From positions 992,001-1,056,000 of the forward strand of contig JAYWIR010000042.1 of the NCBI GenBank assembly GCA_036172245.1: a DNA stretch of 64,000 bases. Reading direction: 5' to 3'. The position numbers and the translations under genes were made by a program. The notes under the pieces were generated by a model. The model was not told where the DNA came from and ran no database searches. It was given only the letters and a program-made list of their open reading frames with translations. This document shows positions 23,866 to 41,199 of this stretch, piece by piece; within the stretch, counting starts at the first letter, position 1; each line of letters starts with the position of its first letter. Origin of the DNA: Raillietiella orientalis. Lineage: Eukaryota.

Positions 23866-26743
23866 GGAGGCGGGCGAGGGAGCCGCAGTTGAGGTTTCCG
23901 AGTGGCGCGGAGCACCAGGAAGAGCAGAGAGATGCCGGAGAGCGATGGGGGGAGATTTTGCCCCTGAGATTCCCACTGTCGCCGGCGACTCTGGGGCTCT
24001 CGTTCCTCTTCTCTTCCTCCTCCCCTGCCTCTTCTTCCTCTTCTACGGGACGAGAGAAAGCAGCTGAAGACGCGCCTCCTCCCTCTGCATAGGTTTGATT
24101 GGGAGGCACTCGACACTTCGTCGTTCCGGAATCGGCACAAGCCACAGCCCCTCCCCTCCATGCTTGCGGTGTGGTGCTTGGGAGAGAAGTAGTAGTTCGG
24201 GGCCGCGAGAGGGGAAGGGAAGCTCTCGTTCGTTCCCGAAATCCCCTACTGACTGGGGACCGCCGAGGTGATGGCGAAGTCGACTTCTCTCTGTGCTCGG
24301 AGCACGGCAAGGCGCATAGAATGTCCTCAGGAGGTCTCGGATAGGGATGCAGCTGACCCCGGTAGCTGGGATAGAGGGGCTTCTCGAGTTACTTTCCTGA
24401 GCTCGAAGAGGAAAAGGAATGAAAGGAAGGGTCGCAGGTGATGGACACTCCTGCCGCGGAGTCGAAGCACTCCCGGCCGTGTGCTCACGTCCGCTCCAAA
24501 GTGCATAACGCGATTTCCGGGAAGAAGCGGGTGAGGGAGAGAGGAAGGAGGAGGGGGAGGGAAGGAGGGAGTTTCCCTTCTCCCGAAACAAATCTCTGCA
24601 ACGGACATTGTCGGTAGCGGCTCCCCTCAGAGCTCGCCAGGGGATTCCAGGCCTTCGGGCCCATGTGCCACTCGACGCCTCCGGCGAAGGGACAGGATTC
24701 GCTCCCTGCTTGATTCCCGGAGATTTTCGTGATCCTTTCGAATCGACGCGCTTCCTCGCGAGGCGCGAGGACGTGCCCTGCCTCTTCCTCGCTCCCAGCC
24801 TTGGCTCTTCCCGAATTGCCCACTCTATTGCTGAAATCCACACCCCCTGCCTCTTTCTTGAGTCAGAACTTTTCCCCGTTCCTCTGGAGCGAAGTAAGGA
24901 CGTAGAGCGACTGAGGGGGGGGATTCGCTTCCCTGGGAAAGGACGCGCGGTTGCCGCAGCTGTGCCGTCTCTGGAAGTCTTTGCACACCTTCGCGTCGAA
25001 GGCTGATTTTCCCGAAACCACGCAGAGGTGGGAAGCTGGAAAAAAGAGGGGGAGGGAGGAGGAAGCGATGGGGAAACGAGGAGGGTTGGGCAGCACGCGC
25101 TTTGGCGTGCAGGATTCCTGCCTCTCCGAAAAAAAGACCCTTCCACGGACGGCGCGCCTTCCAGTCGACTTCCCAGGGCAGTCCGGAGTTTTCCGATGGG
25201 TTCTCTGGGAGGGTAGCAGGGCTGGTCTAAAGTGAGGATGCCGGCGGAAGACGGTTGGGAGGGAAGAGTCCGAGAGAACGGTCAGAAGAAGGCGAAGGGC
25301 GATCACATGTGCTCGTGCTCACATGTGCACGCCCTGCACGCATGCGAACCGTCACCACCAGCAAGAGTCACTCGTCCACATCCCGCCCAGAGCTTCCTCG
25401 GAGAGTGATCGCCCCTGGAAAGGGTGGAAGAATGAGAAACGCGGCGGTCTCTGAGAGTGTGCTTCCCGCTTCAGGCACGCGGGAACTGCTGCGCTCCGTA
25501 TACTGGGGATCAACGACTGAGGGCCGTACAGAAGGCAACTTTTAGCTGCGATCCTGTTCTAGTGCCTCTTTGCTTCGGCAGTGATGTTGACCTCCGCAGG
25601 ACTGGGCCGTCGTTCCTTGCTACGTTGGAGTCATCGCTCTGGTCCTTGAAGAGGAGAGATGGCAGCTAGCGCTGGGCCTTTCCCATAACTCCCGAATTCT
25701 GGGAAGACCTGCAGAGCATCCAGCTCGATTAGGTAAGCATGCAGCCAGTAGGGGCCAGCACCATCTCCCCTTTACCCATCCCTTTCATCGGCAGGCACGG
25801 AGCTTTCTAGTTGCATTCCAAAATGCTCCTCGATTTTTTTGGCCTCGATAGGGCAACGACACTTTTGTTGATCTTTTTCATTTCCTTCCAGGACGCAGAT
25901 CTACAGAAAACGCCTTTGGCATCCGCTCGGATCATCCTGTTCCTTCCCTTCGTTTACTTCTTTGTGTCTCTCCTTCCTTCCTCCTCTTCTGCCTCCTTCA
26001 CAGGATTGCAGGTGAGGTTCTATCAGCTATCCAAGTCTTGATGCGTCTTTTTAGTTGCGACAGCTGGCCCGGCGACCAGCCAGGAGACGTGCAGACGTGC
26101 TGAATGTGGAGCACATCGAACACATGGTACCGTGTCTCCGCACACAGTGTATCTGTATGTACAATGAGAGGCGATCGAGAAGTTTCTAAATTTATTCTCT
26201 GTCTTGAGAAACGATGCACGCGGAGTAGATTGCTGTACGTACACATCAGCATCATTCTCCAAAGAGGATTTTTCTGTATCTTTGAGAGCACCCGAAAGCT
26301 CTTGATGGTTTTGAAAGTCTGTAGAGGAAATCCTCAGCTCCCGGATGATTGGATTCCTCTTTCACGTTATTGCGGAAGATTGGAAACCAGCATCCATCTT
26401 TCGTTCTCCTCTTGATCGTACAAGCGCGGGAACAAAACAAGAACCGGTAGAGTCTGCTACTCCGAGAGTCCTCCTTTCCTTCAGCCAAATTTATTCAAGT
26501 GAAGACAGCCATTGAAAGGAGCTAACCATGGGGCAAGAAGCCATCGACCACTTTCCAGCGGACCCTGCGACTTCTGTAAACTTCATCCATCGATAGAATC
26601 AACACGTTTGTGCAGAAGGCACACCTTTGTACACTGCTCAGGCGATGGACACAAATCAATGATGGATAATCCTCTGAAGCGTAGTCCCACAATGTTCTGC
26701 TTATGCCGCGTGCATGCACACTTGAACAGAAGAGAACACCATT

Positions 26744-28580
26744 TTGGACATCGGCCGATTCCTAGACAAAGCCATGCTTTTCCGAAGACTCTATGAAGGT
26801 ATGCAATCCTATATATGGGAGCTGCCTCTCCTGTTTGAATTCACTGTATCCTGTCAGGACCCCGAAAATCGTCTTGTTCCCAAGATACTCTTTGGAGCCG
26901 CCTACGCCAAAACAAACCATGATACCATAAAGGAAGTAGAACAACTGCAACGCAAGACACTATGGGGAACATATCACCCAAGGGTGAGGTTAAAACCCTT
27001 GTGTTGCTCTAAAGAGGAGGACGGTTCCGGGATGAAGTGGCTGACACATTCCATAGAAATAATGGATGCGCGACACATCCTGGACATCGCTGCCCACTGG
27101 GATGACTGGCCATATGCAGCTCATAGGGCCTATTCGATGCTACTAAATAGCTCGAAAGGCCTGATGACTGCATTGTTAGGCCGAGTAGGAGAGTGGGTCA
27201 CCATAGATCCCACTTGGAGGAGGAAGCAACAATTGGTGAAAAAGCACCAGCTGAAGATTGTTCCTAGAAGCAAGGAACTCTGGCAAGCAGAATCCATCTT
27301 AGTGATTCCCTGGATGCTTCAGGTGCCCTTGGACAACAGAAGCTGGATACACCGGAGGTCAAGAGTCACTATACAGCAAATTCAAGAATAGAGAAAAGGA
27401 GGAGACCTACACCACACTCGTATACTTCGGTATATAGAGATGATGGTGGGAAAATTCACCCAAATGACACGTGAAGTATGGAAAAAGTACAAGGATCTCG
27501 CCTGGTCCAGGGTGAACAAACAGAACCTCAAAAAAACGATTGAAGAAGAAGATTAAGATACCAGTCCCCTCCAAGAAGCGGCCCAGCGCTACGAGAGCGA
27601 TACGATCAACCTGGTAGCAATCGGCACAACTCTTTGGAGAAGTGACCTACCGCCGGACACCCAGGATAACCTCCTGATGTTCTATCACGGAGGAATCCTG
27701 AGCGGGTCCAGAGTAAAGTACTATACGGGAAGACGTGAAGATGAAGATTGTATGGCATGTGGAGACATTGATACGAGACTACATGTCTTAACTTGTCCCA
27801 CATTAATCCCAGATTGGCTGATCTAAAAAGGATCATAGGACGTACAACTAGCACAATAATGGAAATACTTGCAGGGATGTTTCAGGGAGAAGGAAACGTC
27901 CCTAACTACAACCCTATGGTAAGAACGACCATTGCTCTTTTCATCACCGCCATACTGGTGCGGTAGTGGAAAATGAAAAACGCTGGAATAGCCCCTTCTC
28001 CAATGGTAATTTTGAAAAGGTTAATACTAAAAGAAATCGGAATCAGGAATTGCGGAAGAGTGCCGGCCTGGACGTACCGCTATATCCTCAAAAGGATTGA
28101 AGACGACGCCCAGGCAACGAACTCAACCAATGTTCCCTAGAAAAACAAGAGGATCTTCTAAAGGAGTGAACGCCCCCTGGTCGTTGCCGCCTTACAGAAT
28201 GTTCACACAAAGAAGCAAGTAAAAGCGATCCCTTGCGGAAAGCTGCGACGCTCTTTTTAGTTTTGGAAGTGTCCCTTCGGGGTTCACTTCAGAGGAGTAA
28301 ACAGGAGTGGTTCCCTTGCGGACACCCTCCAGAGAAGTGGACCCTGTCAGGGGTCCATTCAGAGAAGTTGAAATGGATAGGACCACCCCCCGTAAGGGGG
28401 GCGTCCCTCTGGAGAGGATGAGGGAGGAGATTTTTTTTTCTTCGAAGACAACTAGGGTGGAAGTGCGATCCCCCCGTCCGGGGGGGATCCCTCCCCCAAG
28501 CGTGAGAGGAATGGACTTTGAGCCCTTCCTGGATTCTTTATAAATGTACGAGCCATTTGTAGCGAAAAAGATAAATAAAT
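26744..28580 (+). mobile_element. 5'-truncated L1/Tx1-clade retrotransposon (post-RT region, CCHC knuckle, structured 3' UTR)
   Basis: LVPKIL...IKEVEQLQRKTLW...RVRLKPLCCSKEEDGSGM (LPKE.GGLG-like). Intact knuckle CMACGDIDTRLHVLTC at 27749-27796. Ends in ATAAATAAAT at ~28571-28580. In-frame stops present. Confidence 0.8.
28266..28497 (+). repeat. Array of five related stem-loops in retroelement 3' UTR
   Basis: Hairpins at 28266-28290 (c-TTCG-g loop), 28304-28330, 28334-28360, 28380-28406 (GTAA loop) and 28455-28497. Four begin with GRAGTG; the first three are followed by AGAG. Confidence 0.75.
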
Positions 28581-31500
28581 TTACCCCACCTTTTGTGGAA
28601 CTAGGGGAAAACCGAAAATCGTCTTGTCTTCCGCAGACCACATCAGGCACGTTTCGCTCTCTTAGAAAATTGCCCCTGAAGGCATGCCTGATAGCTCTGG
28701 AGTCGGAAATTTTCGAATGGTTCAGAAAGATCCAGACACCGATCTGATTTTTGGGGTGGCTTAATTGCTCTTCAGTGGCATCCAAGATGACCCGTGCTAA
28801 GCTCCGAACGAATAGAAGGAAGGAGAGGAAAAACAGGAACAGGGAGCAGTTGCAAACAAAAACAGAAAAGGCATCCTGGGACTTGCTGATCTCATGCTCC
28901 AATTACACGCTTTTTTATAGTATCCTTCCTATGTGTGTGTGTTTGCCGTCTTCATTGAGGTGTGTGTGTGTTTCTTCTGAAAGAAACGACTTCACTGAGA
29001 TGAACTGCTTCCTCGACATCCACCCTCTAGTCTCCTGGCGTACATCAACAAGGCGAAAATCTTAAAGAATATTCTCACTCCTACTAAGCTCACTTGAAGG
29101 TGGTAAACGGCGAGGTGGCATGGACGTGGTAAATGACTCCAGTAAAGCATAAACTGTCTTGCCACCCAGGTGTACCTTCGAATGTCATCAGACAGAAAGA
29201 TTCGAAGGAATTGATGCACTCGGCTGTTTTCACGATAAACATCTAATAATTATAGTTAATCCTAGTTTATCCTAAAGCGAAATTTAGAAGCCAAATCTTT
29301 TAACTGATGAAAATTTAAGGCTAATGAAAATTAAGAAGGGAGGATGTGGAAACTCAACGGGAACATCAAGGAGCGAAAATGTGCAAGTGATACTCTAAAG
29401 TTGCAAGAATCTTTTTCAGCTCTTGTGCTTACATTGCTCTTAAGGCTACACTCCTAATGCCATTGACAGTTCCACATGTGAGTGCTGGAAGACTTCTGTT
29501 ACCGTTACAAGTTCCTGGCGCGGGTATTAAAAGAAGAGTTCTCAATAAGTAACGGTAATTCAAGAATGTGTAACCGAACCATGACTTGTGTTCCTCACAA
29601 AGAAGACCTCCTCCTCCCTTCCCCCCAAAAGTGAAAATCATAGATTAGAATAAATCTGAAAAATGAAACGATTGCATTCTTTATGGAGAGTCGGAATTTC
29701 GCTAGGGCAAGAGGTGTCCAGAACGGTAATAAACAATTCATGAAGCACATTTTAATTAAAATATGGAACAAAGAGAACCATCGGAAAGTGCTGCTGGACG
29801 TACAGCTTCCATAATGGAACTTGCAAAACAGTTCCTTAAATCACTCTCGAATAGCTTGAATAGCTACAGAGTATCTTGAATTTGATAGATAAAGATTGTT
29901 TGCTACGAACGCTTAGTTTCCTCCTCTGGATTCTGTAATTTTTACCAACTCTTTCATTTAAGAAACATCGAGAAGAAAAAAACAAGTGTACAGTGGCTTG
30001 AATTGAATTCTAAACCGGGCTGAAGAGCTCATTTGAGAGGAATGTTAAGAGAAGATTTGGTTAAGAGAAGTTGAACCAAGCAAATACTTCAACACCGCCT
30101 TTCGATATTTTGAGTGATTTGACATGCTAATTGCAGCATACATGACAAAGGGAATCACATGGGGGGGGGGCGGAAATGAACTTGATTGGCACACGGTTAA
30201 GACACACACACAAACAAAAGAATGTAGGTCTGTGTACTCGAAGCAGCGTGACTTTTTTTTTTTTTTGACGTAGGAGAAAGCATAAAACCCATGCAGAGAT
30301 TTGATCGTACCGAATTGAACTCGAACAGAATAACAAATACGAAGTGCCAACGCTTTATGAAATAAAATAATCATCTTAAGATTGCACTACATGCAAGACC
30401 AAAACTGCACATCATTAATTTTCATCACAAGTTAGCAGGCATTGAAGGAGTTCGGTATGACTTTTTGCAAAACTGATTTGGAAAGAAAGAAACCTGTAAT
30501 AAATAATTTTATACTTTTCAGCAAGTGGGGGTACGTATTTATTATGTTCTCTAATTTTGCAAGTTATTAAAGGACTACTAAGATATTTTTCATGAGAACG
30601 AAAGTTAGTGGAGCCTCTAGAACAGCTTATCACAACAGTTGTAACGTCTTGTTATTGAGTTTCATAATTTGAAATCAAATAGAAAATATCAGTTTTGTTA
30701 TCAAGGATTCCGGAATACGTGTAAGAGATAACGCTGGAATGCTTTGTTAGTTTGTCTCTGGTATCGAACTTTGTGTACACGTTGACAAATGCCATAAAAA
30801 GATAATTCAGATAAGCACAAGTAACTAGTACAGAAAAATACACATTCGTTCACTTTCTGCAGCACTTGAAGCCAATGAGCTCATTCGGATGAAATACACA
30901 TTCCACCAAGAAGCATCTCCAGTTTTTTGCAGGGCGTTGCAAAATTGAAGGGGCGTCTATTTGTTCAAAATATTCGGTGTTTATGAATCGTACTTTCAGA
31001 GCTTTCAGCTGCATGTTTTCATGCAACCGAGAAATAGGAAACTTAACGAAACTTCCAGCAAGGCTGAGAAACTTTGGTGCTTTAGAGAACTCGGATCGGG
31101 GCTTTGGTATTCTCTAAAACAGAATTGTGCATCTCAACCTCCTAAGCAAACTTCAAATAGAAACGTGTTTCGTTTTCCGAAAAAAAAAAAAAAAAAATCC
31201 GTCGGGAGATTTCGAAAAAGAAATTCAGAACCGTACCGACAGACTTTTCCTACACGCAGACTGTGAACACAATCCGGACGAGGTCATAAACGGTCAGATT
31301 TGTAAACACGTATGTACGAAAAACTGGATTCCTTTGTCCCTCGATCACTGGATCGAGGGGAAAACAGCTTAATGCCGACCTGTTATTTTCGAAAACATGC
31401 AACCGATGCAATATTCAAATCGAGTCACTTGACACGAGGCTGCCATGAAGAGATGAAACGCTTGAATTCGGTCAGCTGTTATCAGCCGTATGATACGTGT

Positions 31501-31721
31501 GTGTGTTGGTATGTGAAGCTGGTGTGCTAATGAGTGTCGTGAGGAAACCATGGGAAACCACAGGATTGCTTTTCCGAGAGTGCCTAATTTGAAATCCTAA
31601 AAGTCCTGGCTGCACACATCCCGAAACAGGAATCCCTCTGTTCGATACACGTTACACAGTTTATAGTAAGCATGATTGATCCAGTGATTAAAATTTCTTG
31701 AAATGCATCGTTGCAGAATTG

Positions 31722-36015
<4,294 letters not shown>

Positions 36016-36018
36016 TAT

Positions 36019-36024
36019 TTTATT
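36019..36024 (-). promoter_or_regulatory. Candidate AATAAA polyadenylation signal of MTHFS
   Basis: TTTATT on + strand, 13 nt past the MTHFS stop, in the 22-nt gap between the two stop codons. Confidence 0.55.
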
Positions 36025-36037
36025 GATTGGCTGTTAA

Positions 36038-36618
36038 TCAGGTGGTTGCATAAATGACAGCATCCACTTTGACATCATGAGGTTCATTTGGGATTGAATC
36101 AACTATTTGCTCCCAAAAGCAAATTCCCATTTTATATGGCATTGGCTTAATGGATTGGAAATAGTTATCATAAAACCCACCACCATGACCCAGTCTCATA
36201 CCATCTTTGGTAAATGCAACACCTGGCACAATAATCAAGTCCAACCCTGTAATTTGCAAATATAAAACTATTTGACCCATGCATACGTATATGTTTCTGT
36301 TTACCTACATGCAAGGCATCTTCGCGAATGTCATCTAATGGTGGTTGGCGAATGCCCCATCTGTTAACAGGCATTTCCATGTAATCATCTATACTTGTGA
36401 TTCTTAACATATTCATGATGCGTGTTCCTGGCTGAAACCTGGGCAAGATTTTCCCATGTTTGTTATCATTGCAGTTTGCAAAAAACTCACCTAGGCACAA
36501 AGCATTCTTTCCCATTATCGAACATGTGGAAGATTATGGCTTCTGTGTTAATTTCACTATCCATACTTACAAATATGGATATTTTGCGAGACTTCAAATA
36601 CCAAGGGTGTTGTGTTAC
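36038..36618 (-). CDS. MTHFS: 5-formyltetrahydrofolate cyclo-ligase; three exons resolved, first coding exon unresolved
   Basis: Exons 36618-36491, 36438-36305, 36246-36038 (GT-AG; introns 52 and 58 nt). Motifs SRKISIFVSMDSEINT, GKECFVPR, WGIRQP, LDLIIVPGVAF...RLGHGGGFYD, PNEPHDVKVD. Confidence 0.9.
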
Positions 36619-38793
36619 CTGCAAATAGTTAATAGTGTTTATTTCAGTTGATTTCTGACGTATATTCTCAATTTACCGCGCTTCAGTTTCACTCATATTC
36701 CTTAATTCTATTGCATAAGAATTACTTATAACGAATGTTATGCGTGCAACGAATTTCAAAACCGAAAATTGGATCATGCTGGAGCTTTTCATGTTCCCTA
36801 ATCGCTGCTGATTCCACTTGTTGCATTTTAGCTCCTGAACCGAATGCTTCCTTTTTAAAGGAGTCGGTCCTGTTTGTCAATCGAAATAACTCAATAAAAT
36901 CGGATTCAGACCAATCAGGAATAATGATCACAGAGAAGCATCCTTCTCTATAGTCATTCCCTATAATGAACAAAGAGCAGCTTGGACAAAAGATCCAGGA
37001 TTCAAGGTCTCTGATCCGGGCATAAAACCTGTACGATTTTTCGGTAAATAATCAAACTCTTCGAAAAACTCTACTTTGCACATTTACTAAGAGGCAGGCA
37101 TCACTCCATCGATGGAATCCTCCCTTGAAGGATGTGGCAATTTCAAATGGCTTCAATCTTGATCTTTGGAGAATTCGAAAATCACTTGAGAGTTTGAACT
37201 CCGTGAAAAAACCGGCGAGAACTACAACAGGATGTGAGAAATGATCCAGCTTCACGACTCTTGACGAGTGAACAGCAACTGGAGATTTGGATTGCTCTCA
37301 AAAGTAATTCTAAATGGAGAGTGGAAGTCCAGAGGCACCCTTAATGGAATAACGAACACCTACGAAAAGCACAGAGAATCTAAAACATTAAGTGTAGGAT
37401 TGGACTGTTGAATATCTCTGAACAATGAATTTTTAAAACGGAATCCAATTTTTCAAGTGGGAAGTTCATTCAGACTTATGGAGAATTTTAATGCAAACGC
37501 TTCCGACATCTCTGGAACGGAACGTTGTTGCTACGTTGTTGCTAGGAGACGTCGGTCCTATCTCGAAACGAAGTTGGCTGTAAGAGCAACAGGTAAAAAA
37601 ACACACACACATAAAAAAAAAACACATACACACATGCTTGGCAGCATTAGTGATAAAATCATTGCGAGATATCTTCCTGTTCAGGTTGCTAAAACATCCG
37701 ATTCCCGATATCGCTTCGATCTTCTCGTGAGTTGACTGCTTTTCCCCTACGCTCCCGGCTGTATCTGCAAACGGATTCGCCCCTCCTCAAGCATTTTCCC
37801 TGTTTCCCCTTTGTCTCTGTTCCGTTCCCTTTTTATGGTCCTTGCAGTCCTTGCGCTCATTCTCTTAGAAGTAATCATTTAAGCGCACAAACCGATAAAT
37901 AAGCATTTCGACTTGGTTGGGAATGTTTTCAAACAAGAGGCTTTACGACGTTGTTCTCCAGATCACTTTGGGAGAAAACGGTCTTCGCCAGTGGTCATGC
38001 GGCACGGCTGAGATCCATCATCTCGAACATTTCTGTTTCCGCTTCCCACTCCCGACTGGTGATGACGCTCTTGGATTACCAGCATCGCTTCAACCTGGTT
38101 GTTTCCTGAACCTGCTCGAATTACTATTACCATTACTTATCACGACCTCTTGGCTCCGCTCTTGGCGTTCACGAAGCCACTAAGAACCAAAGGAGATTAT
38201 GAGGCCGAGAGATTCGATCACAATGATTAGAAATGAAATGAAAGTCATCGGAACAACTTAGTTGTTTTCTCCAATGTATTGATGCATTGTCTTAACGAAA
38301 ACTTATCTTTTACTAGCGACATGGGCCAGCAGTCTCAGAGCTCTCGGGCTCGCCAGCCCCGGACCTCAAGAAAGAAACGGTTTTTATCAAAACGCAAAAG
38401 GCAATTCCCACATATATGGAATTGCCTTTACCTTCCTCGTTTCCTAGAAGCTCTACTAATGATAATTAGAAAGAATACCTTTCACATCTCACGCAGGTTG
38501 ACTTCTTGGAAAAGGGCCGAGGAACGGCATCAGGTTTACTGTTTTGAATGGGGGGGGGGCATGTGCAAAGTTTCCAAAGCCCAGGATCGCATTCAGAAAC
38601 CGTCTTCCGGCCGCACACGCCTCGCTTGTGCAGAAGAACGAGAGTGAAGGACGAGGGGTATCTCGACTCGACTCTTTTCGGTATGAACACGAACTGTATC
38701 CAGTAAATATGACGCGGTTTGGCAACCCTGACCTCCGGATGCAAGCGAGCTTGCCAACTGCCGACTTCCACGCCGCCAGCAACGCAACTGCAC

Positions 38794-38895
38794 CGTGGCG
38801 ATGGCGCTACCGCCGGCGTTCTTCACGTGGCGATGGCGCTACCGCCAGCGTTCTTCACGTGGCGATGGCGCTACCGCCAGCGTTCTTCACGTGGC
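38794..38895. repeat. 32-bp minisatellite, ~3.2 copies
   Basis: Unit CGTGGCGATGGCGCTACCGCCRGCGTTCTTCA at 38794, 38826 and 38858, plus a partial copy; no spacers. Confidence 0.95.
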
Positions 38896-39665
38896 TTCGG
38901 CAGGGCTGCTCCGAGCGGACGCGGGAAAGACCCCCCCCCCAAGTGCTGCTGCTGCACTCGGCGCTCGCCCTCCATCCAAAAGTTGAGCACCAACTCTTAA
39001 GCGGTTTCTTGCAGCGAAACTCCGGAAGGGAAAGGATGGGTCTCTTTGGTCGGCAGCTCGGTTCGTGAGTTCCGCAAGAGTTTCGACAGAATTTTACTTG
39101 AAATCACTCGTAGTGCTCTTATTGGGGCTTTTTTTTTTTTTTTTTCCTCTCTAGCAACGTTCGACTTTGTTTCGTGGTGATCGTATGGGAAGTGTTCTTT
39201 CCTACCTGTGCAAATACACTTTCACTTTGTGCCTGCTTTTCTTCCTTCGTGATTTCTGCGATCTTTTGTGAAATGGCCGTTCTTAGTTTTTTTTTCGACG
39301 CACGTATCAAATTCATTGAGGTAAAATTTTCACTTTTTTTCTTGTGACACTTTGCGGGGGGGGGAGGAATCAGAATTGGCAACAAAACTGGCCGCTTCGT
39401 TTCAAGAACGCCATCGCTGTTCACAGTACATACTTGTTAAATGATTACTAATAGTAATGGTAGATTCTTGTGTTCAGAATCAAGGCTAATATCAAAATTC
39501 TCGGAAGACCTCAACTGTCGTTGGAGGAGCTGCGACGTTAGCTGAACCCAACAAAAAAACCATTTGAGCCATTTGATTGGATTGAACCGCCTACGAACCC
39601 AGGTAGGTTTCGATGAACGTTCGTAAGCAGTCGCCGTACACGTACACGAAAGTCCACGGAAAAAC

Positions 39666-39940
39666 CTGTCCCACCCGATAAATCATTTATTTACATACCA
39701 AAAAGACATGTTAAACATTGCGTGAAACAATGTCATATTCCGTAACACAGTGTTGCCCCACCGCACAGCGCAGTGGGTGCTCCAGGACGAGGTAACTGCA
39801 TGTGAAGCAGTACTACCGATCATGTTTCAAAAATGCGCCTTTTTGTATGCCTAGGCTGCAATGTTTTGATTACCAATATGAAAAACTCGGAAAACATTAA
39901 TAGCTTCTCGGATTCATGACTGTCGGGTCAAATGGGACAG
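39666..39940. mobile_element. Possible MITE/DNA transposon relic with imperfect inverted ends
   Basis: CTGTCCCA-CCCGATAAATCAT (39666) vs the reverse complement of ATGACTGTCGGGTCAAATGGGACAG (39916-39940). No clear TSD. Confidence 0.3.
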
Positions 39941-40339
39941 AATGTTGTATTTAAAAACGAGAATCTAGATTTCCATGAAAATATCAGGGGAAGGGATACC
40001 AATGTACTAATTCAATGAAAAAAAAAAAAAAAGTTCTACATGGTGAGCTTCAAATGGTTTTTCGAAACAAATGTTGGGAGAATGGAATCTGGTCTTTAAC
40101 CTTTATTACAAACCCATTATAACTTACTAATCTCAAGTTGAGGATGTTACGTGTGTGTATAAAGTATCGAAGATGACATGGAAAGGCACTCATCAACTGA
40201 GAACAAAAAAATGATCACTTGAACGATGGTTTTGGTGTTAAAAAGTAAATATTGTTTCAGTACTGTCTATTTTTCTGGCTTTTTTTACTTTATCCTGTCT
40301 TATTTTGAAGTTTTTTTCGCGTTTCCAAAAATAAGTTTG

Positions 40340-41054
40340 TGTTTCTATTCATTTCAAAGGCCCCAACACAGTTATCATCATTAACATGGAGCTGCAATCG
40401 GGATCTCAGCACACCTACACCATCAGCACTATTTACTCATCTTTCCATTTATTTAGGACCCATCTTAAGGAGAACTTCTCAAGAGATAGCCAATAACGCG
40501 AAATCCACGGGACTTGAAACGTCTTTAAGTTCCAACTTGGTCATTTTAGCGAAGCCATCTATATGCTCTTTCGAGGAATTTTTGCAAAGCAATTGGGCGT
40601 AGTAAACGTCATCCAAAATAATCAACCGAATATAGAGAATTGTTTCCGTTGCCTTGAAGTAGCCAAGAGTCGATTTCACTTGAAGCTCGACTTTATTATG
40701 TTTGGATTTCATTTTTTCCATGGTGCACACAGCTGTCAAATTCGATGCATTTGGCTCAGAGGAATCTGAGATTATGTCTCTGTTTTGGTTTCCAACTAAT
40801 CCCCTGTCACGCGTAAGTCTCCATCTAATGGTCGTATTCCCATATTTTCGCTCTCGGCACAGCCAGAATATGGGAATCAAAGCACGTGACTTTTGAGGTG
40901 CGAAAATCAGAGGGGAGCTCATTGCATCTGGTTTCGCGTCGTGTTTTAGATCCAATGTTAAAGGCATTTCTTCGAGCAATCGTTTGTTCTTGAGAAACAG
41001 AGTTCTGTTGCATCTGAAACTCTGTGCAGTTGTTGAATCACCAGATGAGCTCAC
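40340..41054 (-). mobile_element. Degenerate non-LTR RT fragment
   Basis: VDFA....S.EVLLKMG (DF..AFD..L..LG-like) followed by LHVNDDN (YADD-like, ~40372-40392). Confidence 0.4.
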
Positions 41055-41199
41055 GGTGTGGTCGAGCTTCCTCTCATGTTATCCTCTTTATCAGTTTTTT
41101 ACGTGGTCTCCATGCCCAATTCCGATTAACGTCCGCGGCTTAACGCAGGAGTCCTCCCTGGTCTCTCCTGTCTCTTCTGTCCGGAGTCTTTCAGCTTCC

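Noticed and set aside
17000..25600. Many long overlapping ORFs (up to 367 aa)
   Set aside because: Low-complexity R/P/G/S translations in several frames, as expected from GC-rich, stop-poor decayed TE sequence.
37538..37550. RFX X-box-like GTTGCTAGGAGAC and nearby + strand splice-like sites
   Set aside because: A degenerate motif expected by chance in 64 kb; no recognisable associated gene.
38794..38895. 32-bp direct repeats as a CRISPR array
   Set aside because: Units are head-to-tail with no spacers; eukaryotic context; no cas genes.
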